Source: a virus (lineage: Duplodnaviria; Caudoviricetes). From it: a DNA stretch of 44,295 nt. The notes below the pieces were generated by a model. The model had not been told where the DNA came from and made no database searches. It saw only the letters and a list, made by a program, of their open reading frames with translations. The stretch spans positions 1 to 44,295 of IMG/VR virus record IMGVR_UViG_3300025837_000005; one strand, written 5' to 3'. Both the position numbers and the translations under genes were made by a program. This document shows, piece after piece, positions 37,126-44,295 of the stretch (position 1 is the stretch's first letter; each line of letters opens with the position of its first letter).

Positions 37126-39309
37126 GTGGAAGACAAAGCACATCTCGAAGGCGGAGACGCTGGGTACACGGATACAGACCGCGAGTTGGTAGATTGGTTA
37201 GCCGTCGCTAATGCGGCTTATGACGGATCAACGGATTTTCTTAACACAAATTATCGTGGTCAATGGGCTCGTAATGTATCAAATTTTCAAAGCAAACACC
37301 CTCCGGGAAGCAAATATATATCAGACGCATACAAGACAAGATCGCGTTTTTTCCGGCCAAAAACCCGGACCGCAATCCGTAAGAACGAGAGCGCTTTCGC
37401 TTCTGCGCTGTTTTCTGCCAGTGATGTGGTTGTCTTGTCGGCGGAAAACGAAAATGACAAGAGGGCTGTCCGCGATGCGATGTTCTGGCATTATATCATA
37501 AACTATCGTCTCAATAAGACAATTTTGTGGTTCCCGATCTCTGTCGGAGCGTTTCAAGAGGCTCAGATTTACGGGTGTGTGTTCTCAAAGCAATGGTGGG
37601 ACGAGGAAACCAGGGTGTCCGGGCAAGACCCGGTGACGTTGTCTGATGGAGAAGAGGTTTTTGATAAGGCCGGGCAGCCGTTAATGGTCGACCGGGTGGA
37701 AAAAGTTAAGGCGGAGCCGCGAATCCGATTGGTGGAAATTGAAAATTTCCGATTTGACCCTGCCTCCGATTGGACTGATGTAATTGGAGCCAGCCCTTAT
37801 TTAATTGAGTTAATGCCGATGAGGGTAATGGACGTCGCCGCTAAGATGGACGATCCGGAAAGTGAGTGGAAGAAACTCTCAAAAGATCAGATTTACGCCT
37901 ATGGTCAGGATGATCAGTCTGACGATATAATCAAAAGGGCCCGGGAGAAAGGCAAGGATACCGAGTTGGACCATGGAGTCAAGGATTTTGAGATTGTATG
38001 GGTTCGCGAGATAATTATGCGGCGCAATGGCGGCGACCAGATATATTACACACTTGGGTCTAAGTTTCTGTTGTCCGAGCCAGTCCCAATTGAAAAGGTG
38101 TATGCACATGGCAGGCCGTATGTGCAAGGCATTACTGTGATAGAGGCGCACAGGTCCATCCCGTCGGGAGTTATAGAGCTAAGCCAGGAGCTGCAAGCCG
38201 AGACCAACGACATAGTCAACACCAGGATGGACAATGTCAAGCTTGCGCTTAATAAACGCAAATATGTTCAGCGCAAGTCCGGTATTGATCTGACGGCGCT
38301 TAAGAGATCTGTTTCCGGTGGAATTATTGTCGGTGATGATATCAGCCCGAGGGGCATTCATGAAGAGGATACCCGGGATGTGACAAGCTCTTCATACAAC
38401 GAGCAGACTCGACTGGACGCTGATTTCGATGATCTTTCCGGCGTGTTTTCAAATAGCTCGGTCCAGACAAACCGAATGCTCAGCGAAACCGTTGGTGGAA
38501 TGCAACTTATGTCTGAATTTGCGAACCGCGAATCTGAGTATCTGATTCGCACGTTTGTCGAGACTTGGGTTGAACCGGTAATCAGGCAGTTGGTTACAAT
38601 CGAGCAGCTGCACGAAGATAATGAGATGTTGGTAAATCTGGCAAGGCAAAGCGTTGAGAAAAGGACTGCCGACGACGCGCAAAACCCCGCTAAAAGCACA
38701 ACCGAGGAAGACATGGTGATGGATGTCCCGTTTGAGGAACCTCACCCGGTTGATGTGCGGGTTTCCGTTGGATTTGGTTCCCTGAACCCGACACAGCGGG
38801 TGGGTAAAATAACGCAGGCAATCCAGGCTATTGGTACTCTGGCGCCGTGGACCTCTTCAAAGCTGAATGTTGAGGCTGTGGCAAATGAGGTTTTCGGTGC
38901 ATTTGGATATAGGGGCGCCGGCCGTTTTTACGCGGATTTTGCGCCTCCCGACGGGACAAACGCCGAGATGCAGATCGAACAGAAAAAGCTGGAATTACAG
39001 GAGATGGATTTGTCTGTTAAGGCGAAAAATGACGAGGCTAAGTTGAAGTTACAGGAGATGGATTTGTCTGTTAAGACGAAATACGACGAGGCTAAGCTGG
39101 CGATAGACAGGGAAATTGCAATGGCTAAGCTGGCGATTGAAGAAAAAATTACGCTCGAAGCGCTTTATGCTAAATTAGGCATTGAAAGAGAGAAAATAAA
39201 GCTGTCTGGGAAGGTCGCTGGCCTGGCAAATCTAACAAGAGTGGCGGAAATTGAGAGAAGAGAGGAAGAACTCTCGTTTAAAGAAAAAACGGGGAGACAG
39301 GGGATTTGA
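37126..39309 (+). CDS. Portal protein
   Basis: 727 aa after terminase; FFRPKTR, FRFDP, ETVGGM motifs; coiled-coil C-terminus. Confidence 0.85.
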   Translation: MEDKAHLEGGDAGYTDTDRELVDWLAVANAAYDGSTDFLNTNYRGQWARNVSNFQSKHPPGSKYISDAYKTRSRFFRPKTRTAIRKNESAFASALFSASDVVVLSAENENDKRAVRDAMFWHYIINYRLNKTILWFPISVGAFQEAQIYGCVFSKQWWDEETRVSGQDPVTLSDGEEVFDKAGQPLMVDRVEKVKAEPRIRLVEIENFRFDPASDWTDVIGASPYLIELMPMRVMDVAAKMDDPESEWKKLSKDQIYAYGQDDQSDDIIKRAREKGKDTELDHGVKDFEIVWVREIIMRRNGGDQIYYTLGSKFLLSEPVPIEKVYAHGRPYVQGITVIEAHRSIPSGVIELSQELQAETNDIVNTRMDNVKLALNKRKYVQRKSGIDLTALKRSVSGGIIVGDDISPRGIHEEDTRDVTSSSYNEQTRLDADFDDLSGVFSNSSVQTNRMLSETVGGMQLMSEFANRESEYLIRTFVETWVEPVIRQLVTIEQLHEDNEMLVNLARQSVEKRTADDAQNPAKSTTEEDMVMDVPFEEPHPVDVRVSVGFGSLNPTQRVGKITQAIQAIGTLAPWTSSKLNVEAVANEVFGAFGYRGAGRFYADFAPPDGTNAEMQIEQKKLELQEMDLSVKAKNDEAKLKLQEMDLSVKTKYDEAKLAIDREIAMAKLAIEEKITLEALYAKLGIEREKIKLSGKVAGLANLTRVAEIERREEELSFKEKTGRQGI

Positions 39310-39596
39310 CCGAAGAACAGGAAGAATATAAAACGCTCATCAAAAGCGCAAATGCCGGTGCTGATATGGAGACCTTTAGGAGGTCGAACGCCGGTCAAAT
39401 ATTGCACCAGAAGGCCGTAGAGGACGAAATGGAGGCCTTGCGGAAGCTGGCCGTTGTCGACCCGGCTGATCCGGTCACTATCCGGGCGTTGCAGTTGGAG
39501 GCGGCGGTCCCCCGGCTGGCAATCAGATGGATTGAAGAGATAATTGAGCAGGGCGAGGTTGCCAAGTTCTCGATTGAAGAAACAAAGACAACATAG
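39306..39596 (+). CDS. Hypothetical head-module protein
   Basis: TTGA overlap with portal stop; usual position between portal and scaffold. Confidence 0.7.
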   Translation: MTEEQEEYKTLIKSANAGADMETFRRSNAGQILHQKAVEDEMEALRKLAVVDPADPVTIRALQLEAAVPRLAIRWIEEIIEQGEVAKFSIEETKTT

Positions 39597-39614
39597 TGAA
39601 AAAGGAGATTTTTT

Positions 39615-40697
39615 ATGGTTGGCAAAGAAGCTACCCAACAAGGCGTTTCTCGAAGGGATCAGATGATGGCTGATATTATTAAGCAGCGAGCGGACGAAAA
39701 GACAAAAGAAAGTGGTCGTGAACCCGACGAAAAGACAAAAGAAAGTGGTCGTGAATCCGACGAAAAGGCAAAAGAAAGTGGTCGTGAACCCGACGAAAAG
39801 GCCCTTGCCGAAGAAGAAATGAGCGCTGAAGAAGATGTCGAGGAGGAAGAGATAAAGGAGGAAGAAGATGCCTCTGACATCGGTGATCAGGAAGACAAAG
39901 AGGAATCGCGAGCGTCAAAAAATACAGTCAGCATCGTTGGGACCGACGGCCGGATGTATGAAATCCCTGCGGACGGCAGGGTGAAACTGAAAATTGACGG
40001 CGAAGAGATAGAGGAGACAATCGACTCCGTCATGCGAGCCCATCAGAAAGGTGCCGCGGGCGACCGGCGGCTCCAGCAGGCATCCGAAATGATGCATGTG
40101 TTGGAGCAGAGGGCGACCACCCTTTCGCGAAGAGAACAGGAATTTTTACGGCGGATGAAAGCAGCTGATACAGACAAAGCCAAGGGTGCGCTATCCCCGG
40201 ACGAGCACAAAGAAAAGGCCAAGAAGCTGGTTGACGCTCTTTTGGATGCAGATGAGGATACGGCTGCGCAGATTCTGGGAGAGGCTTTTTCAGGGTCCCA
40301 GCCAAAGCAGGATATCGACCTGAATGCTGTTGGGAAAATGGTAAACGATAAAGTAAATGAGATCACCAAAGCCAAGGAGCTTGAGGATGCTCAGGAGCGT
40401 TTTAAAAAGGAATACAAAAATTTACATGACGACCGCTACCTGTTTAACCTGGTAGACGCCGAGACCTTGACTGTCATGGCCGAAACGCCCTCAGCTACCC
40501 CATGGGAAATCATTGACAAAGCCGCAAAGCGTATTTCCAACTGGAGATCGACGAACAAGCAGGTCAAACCAAAGCCTTCCATAAGGCGCCCCCCCACCCC
40601 AGCAAGTGGACGGGCGGTGATAGGCAAAGACATAAAGCCGAAAATGAGGGAAGATATCCTGAGAGAGATGCGGGAGTCACGGGGACAACCCGTATAA
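39615..40697 (+). CDS. Capsid scaffolding protein
   Basis: Acidic; VKLKIDGEEIE...HQKG motif; precedes capsid gene; three 33-nt repeats near the N-terminus. Confidence 0.75.
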   Translation: MVGKEATQQGVSRRDQMMADIIKQRADEKTKESGREPDEKTKESGRESDEKAKESGREPDEKALAEEEMSAEEDVEEEEIKEEEDASDIGDQEDKEESRASKNTVSIVGTDGRMYEIPADGRVKLKIDGEEIEETIDSVMRAHQKGAAGDRRLQQASEMMHVLEQRATTLSRREQEFLRRMKAADTDKAKGALSPDEHKEKAKKLVDALLDADEDTAAQILGEAFSGSQPKQDIDLNAVGKMVNDKVNEITKAKELEDAQERFKKEYKNLHDDRYLFNLVDAETLTVMAETPSATPWEIIDKAAKRISNWRSTNKQVKPKPSIRRPPTPASGRAVIGKDIKPKMREDILREMRESRGQPV

Positions 40698-40723
40698 ACA
40701 CATAAAATAGGAGGATGTAAGAT

Positions 40724-41977
40724 ATGGGACAATTATGGTCAGTTAATACTCTCGGGGGCTATATGTACTCCGACAATCTAAGCGCTGAGCTGCGGACCGC
40801 GGTTCAGCCGGGTCTGAGATTCCGTTAAGATAGGCGGAATTAAAACTTTGCTATATGCGGGAACGAACTGAGTATATATCACTACCAAAGTGTAAAAATG
40901 TGATATTGCAGTCAATCCGCAGGGAAGTCAAATATGGTATTTTGACCCCCCAACGACTACACGCAGAGCAAACTCAGTATTTGAGTTTGATGATATAGTC
41001 TGGACTTACGGGCGACCGTAAGAGGGATTACGAAAAGAAACCCCGCCTCAGTAGAGGTCAGTAGGCTTTAGCCTGTCCGCCGGATGACAGGCGGGGCCGA
41101 AAGCAACAGATTGCAGTTTTGCGATGTCAAAGACCCTGAGCAGAGCAAGCGGCACAAGGGTGCTATATTTCACTGGAACGTTTATTCGGACGTTGAGACG
41201 CAGGGTAAAAACCTGGCGGAAACCAGCGTTATGCCTGAAACGCAGTTCACCATCACTCCAGGGACTCTTACCATTACGGAATATGGGAACTCCGTACCTT
41301 ACACCGGGATACTCGATGAGCTTTCTGAACATCCCGTGAAAGAGCTGATTCACAAGGTTTTGAAGAACGACTGTAAAAAGGCTCTTGACACCGCTGCACA
41401 CGATCAGTTTAAGCAGACTCCGTTACGAGTTGTACCGGCGGACAACGGTGCCAGTCTTGACTCCCTTGTCATGACTGAGAACGGCGCTACTACCATAACG
41501 AACAACGTTGCGATGGGGAAGAATCACATTAAGGTGATTATCGACACCATGAAAGAGCGGAATATTCCGCCCTACATGGAAGAGGATTACTACGCCATCG
41601 CCCGGCCGTCCACTTACAGAACGTTTAAGAACGACTTGGAGACTATCAAGCAGTACGTTGAGACCGGGTTCGGCCAGATTCTCCGTGGGGAGATTGGCCG
41701 ATACGAAGGCTGTCGGTTCGTTGAACAGACGAATATCTTGGCTGGGATCGGATCCACAGCGGATGCGCCTTGGACAAACGCCATGTCTGACTGGGCATTT
41801 TTCATGGGCGAGGACACCGTAGCAGAGGCTGTCGCGGTTCCCGAGGAAATTCGTGGAAAATTGCCCGGCGATTTTGGGCGAGACAAGGGCATCGCATGGT
41901 ACGCGCTTTTGGGATACGGTCTGGTTCATACTGACGCAACTCAGGCTCGCATTATCATGTGGGATTCTGCTGCATAA
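40724..41977 (+). CDS. Major capsid protein (N4-gp56-like), spliced: join(40724..40825,41114..41977), 321 aa
   Basis: Exon 1 MGQLWSVNTLGGYMYSDNLS...LRFR joins in frame to QFCDVKD...; TITEYGNSV, GEIGRYEG, DFGRDKGIAWY; AGGAGG RBS. Confidence 0.88.
40826..41113 (+). ncRNA. Group I intron without ORF (288 nt)
   Basis: Exon-terminal U in P1 (TTCCGT/GCGGAA with G-U pair); ATGCGGGAA and AATCCGCAG core; R CGACTACACG and S GATATAGTC forming P7; terminal G; removal restores frame. Confidence 0.88.
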
Positions 41978-42000
41978 TACAATGAAAGGAGATATAACTT

Positions 42001-42456
42001 ATGAGTTACGCAAACCCGAAATATAGCGTTATCCATCAACATCGGTTCACCGGTAACGATGCTTCGACGTTATTACTTACTCCCATAGCGGGCACGAGCA
42101 CCGCGCTAGAAAATAGTCTCACCTGCGACCCGTGGAATCCCGGCCGGGCGATCACCCTGAAGAAGTTGTCGTATCAGGTGAAGACCCCCCGGACCGATTC
42201 CGGCAGTAGCCTGGAGATCGAAGTTCACAACGTCGATGTCAACAACGGCGATGTCAAGGTGGGTAGCCTGGTTATTACCGGCACGGCCGCAAATGGCATC
42301 GTTACGATGCCTGCTGATTTGGATTCCAAGATTGCGGCGGACGGGTATGTCGTGCTGGTTGCTAAATCGACCACAACGGCTGCAAACGAGAATTCTGCCA
42401 TTGGCCAGGCGAGTATCACTTATCAGGAGACCTATTGTCTAACAGGTGACGAATAG
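42001..42456 (+). CDS. Putative capsid decoration/minor structural protein
   Basis: Beta-rich ORF immediately after the capsid gene; AAGGAG RBS. Confidence 0.6.
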   Translation: MSYANPKYSVIHQHRFTGNDASTLLLTPIAGTSTALENSLTCDPWNPGRAITLKKLSYQVKTPRTDSGSSLEIEVHNVDVNNGDVKVGSLVITGTAANGIVTMPADLDSKIAADGYVVLVAKSTTTAANENSAIGQASITYQETYCLTGDE

Positions 42457-42570
42457 CGCATAACGTGAAGCAGGAACCAAATACTATTTAAGAAGTGGTC
42501 TTAAATGGATAAATTTTAGAGAACGGATACAATCGTAACCATCTACAACAATTGGAAAAGGAGCGTTAAT

Positions 42571-42714
42571 ATGGACGCATTAAAAGAAGGCTTGTCCGAA
42601 AAGATCGATATTTCCAAGGTTGACCCGGATCTGGAGCGTCATGGACCTAATCAGGTGCCTAAGAAGACCGGGGAGACCGTCAAGAGAGACGGCAAGAGCT
42701 ATAAAATTAAGTGA
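42571..42714 (+). CDS. Small hypothetical protein (47 aa)
   Basis: AAGGAG RBS; MDALKEGLSEKIDISK... Confidence 0.6.
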   Translation: MDALKEGLSEKIDISKVDPDLERHGPNQVPKKTGETVKRDGKSYKIK

Positions 42715-42769
42715 ACACCAAACCGCTACGGGGGGGGGGCCTCCCGTAGCTCTAAAAGGAGGTTAAAAC

Positions 42770-42958
42770 GTGGCCTACTTTTCTGCTAAGCCTCCGGTGC
42801 CGGACGCCAAAAAAATGCACGACCCGGAATTCACCAAACAGGATATTAAAAAGGGTTTTTCGGTTTCCCCTATGTATGGGAAAACCGGTGAGCCTTCCAA
42901 TATACTAACTGTTCGAAACCGAGAGTGGCGCAAGGAAGTGGAGAATGCTTTCGGGTAA
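42770..42958 (+). CDS. Small hypothetical protein
   Basis: AGGAGG RBS, GTG start; current stop supplied by the inserted element. Confidence 0.65.
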   Translation: MAYFSAKPPVPDAKKMHDPEFTKQDIKKGFSVSPMYGKTGEPSNILTVRNREWRKEVENAFG

Positions 42959-43079
42959 ACTACCGTCAGCTAAAGCAGGCGGCTTGTAACTAACAGATAG
43001 AAACTGTTGCTACGATAGTCTATTCGTTAAGCAAAATCTTTTATAAAAGGAGGATGAGCAATTTCTCGCTCAATTTATT
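42955..43079 (-). mobile_element. Highly eroded IS200/IS605 derivative (same family as 5951 and 29758)
   Basis: GTAAACTACCGTCAGCTAAAGCAGGCGGCTTGTAACT right end; AAAATCTTTTA..AAAGGAGGA..GCA.TT remnant; ends at ATGA. Confidence 0.75.
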
Positions 43080-43244
43080 ATGAAACTAGACAAAAAAAGA
43101 CCGTTTGGAGAGATTTTGGGTAAGTCTCCCAAGCCAGGCGCAAAGTTTGAACAGGATGGAAACTATTTTAATAGCGTTGGGGATTTAGTCGGGCCAGAGA
43201 AGCCCGCGGTTAACCCGGAGACGTCCAGGCGTCCTCGAAAGTGA
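43080..43244 (+). CDS. Small phage protein (54 aa, MKLDKKRPFGEILG...KFEQDGNYFN...)
   Basis: Hand translation; flanked on both sides by IS derivatives at its start and stop. Confidence 0.65.
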   Translation: MKLDKKRPFGEILGKSPKPGAKFEQDGNYFNSVGDLVGPEKPAVNPETSRRPRK

Positions 43245-43437
43245 ACGCTCCCCTGAATAAATTCAGGGGCTTCTCAGTTCAACGAGGGGCATTACAACGC
43301 CGCCTCTCCCTGAGCGTTTAGATGGTTTGGACGGTTCTCGCCCTACCATATTTAGTTGTCCAATTATCGCATTCTTTTCCGGTAAATCTTGAGGTAAGCC
43401 GGCCGAACGCGACAACTCTGGTTCCATGCGGGGTGAA
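43241..43437 (-). mobile_element. IS200/IS605 derivative of a second family carrying a TnpB-type omegaRNA scaffold
   Basis: Minus strand GTAGGGCGAGAACCGTCC...AACGCTCAGGGAGA...CTCGTTGAACTGAGAAGCCCCTGAATTTATTCAGGGGAGCGTTCAC; followed by ATGA at 43438. Confidence 0.78.
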
Positions 43438-44121
43438 ATGAGCACATATCTTCAATTATGCCAGAAGATTACAAGAGACCTTGGCGTTGGAACGTCGATC
43501 TCGACAGTATCAGATCAGATAGGGATGTCGCGCAAGTTCGTGGACTGGATTGCGGACGCTGATGAATATGTTCAGTCCCTTTATTTTGACTGGAACTTCT
43601 TGTGGAGCCAGTACAGTACTACAACGGTGGTTGGCACACGTGAATATAGCGCCCCTTCAGATCTCGGTGTGTGGGATAAAGATTCGTTTTATCTCGATTA
43701 TCTTTCTGATGGTTATATTAAGTTGAGCGAAATTCCGTACCTGACATGGCGTCAGGCATTTCTGCCAGGGTCTCACACAAACTCCAAATCTTCATCTTTT
43801 CTTTTAGCCCCAAACCATAACGTGTATTTAGAGCCGATTCCAGACGCAGCCTATATGTTGACCGCTGATTATTGGAAGTCGGGAACCAGAATGACGACCA
43901 ATGTTGATACGTCGGATATTCCTGCCAGGTTCGAGCGGATCATAATCGCCCGGGCAAAGATTTACTACGCCGAACACGAAGAGTTGCCGAACGTGTTTGA
44001 ACTCGCAACCAATGAATTTGACAGTCTTTTAAAGCAACTGGAAGCAGCCGAACTTCCTGGGAGGGAAGAGTACGGTCGCGGTCATGCTCACGACTCTGAC
44101 ATGGTTATAAGGACTGAATAG
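43438..44121 (+). CDS. Head-tail adaptor / tail tubular protein A-like
   Basis: MSTYLQLCQ...WIADA...WNFLW...LEPIPD; position after the head genes. Confidence 0.75.
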   Translation: MSTYLQLCQKITRDLGVGTSISTVSDQIGMSRKFVDWIADADEYVQSLYFDWNFLWSQYSTTTVVGTREYSAPSDLGVWDKDSFYLDYLSDGYIKLSEIPYLTWRQAFLPGSHTNSKSSSFLLAPNHNVYLEPIPDAAYMLTADYWKSGTRMTTNVDTSDIPARFERIIIARAKIYYAEHEELPNVFELATNEFDSLLKQLEAAELPGREEYGRGHAHDSDMVIRTE

Positions 44122-44295
44122 TGAAAGACACAAGGCGCATAGAGTATTTTCCATTACAAGGCGGGGAGGACCTGATAACTCCGCTTTATTCCAGAAACCC
44201 CGGCAGCCTTGTTGTGTCTCAGAACTTTGAGTGCGATCCGGGGGGAAGATACCGCCGCATTCTTGGTTATGAGCGGTTCGACGGGCACCCAAGCC
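44121..44295 (+). CDS. Tail/DNA-stabilisation protein N-terminus, truncated by the window edge
   Basis: GTG overlapping the adaptor stop; reads YFPLQGGEDLITP...NFEC...GRYRRILGYERFDG. Confidence 0.65.
   Translation, partial: MKDTRRIEYFPLQGGEDLITPLYSRNPGSLVVSQNFECDPGGRYRRILGYERFDGHPS

Noticed and set aside
40826-41113. IStron (intron-IS fusion)
   Set aside because: No tnpA/tnpB or IS-end hairpin recognised inside the intron
41084-41113. ATG 41084 as capsid start
   Set aside because: Lies inside the intron; exon 1 with a strong RBS gives a better N-terminus
1-44295. Complete DGR, integrase, CI repressor, tRNA genes
   Set aside because: No reverse transcriptase, recombinase, S24 repressor or tRNA recognised in this window; lifestyle cannot be called

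Overview
Almost-complete genome segment of a tailed dsDNA phage, probably podovirus-like; both window ends fall inside the tail/virion module. A Desulfobacterota-like host is inferred from host-type gene fragments and repeats. Order: tail/virion and ejection genes plus a 3579-aa polyvalent protein (1-18 kb, +); early recombination operon with ssb, SSAP-like gene, yqaJ and three tandem paralogues (18-24 kb, -); Cro-like HTH, GH108 lysozyme, primase-helicase, DNA adenine methyltransferase and a putative origin (24-30 kb, +); a decayed accessory region; then VRR-NUC, terminases, portal, scaffold, major capsid and adaptor (33-44 kb, +). The most striking system is one intact IS200/IS605-type tnpB with five dispersed non-coding derivatives. 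Five insertions sit exactly at ATGA (TAM 5'-TCAT on the element strand), four of them at stop/start overlaps between genes, and several appear to rebuild translational coupling through plus-strand ORFs. One orphan omegaRNA carries a guide matching the phage's own yqaJ except for a TAM change and one mismatch. Also present: an ORF-less group I intron splitting the major capsid gene, a triplicated structured RNA candidate, and LRR/Kelch repeat arrays with DGR-like variation but no reverse transcriptase in the window. All calls come from reading the sequence; no searches were run.
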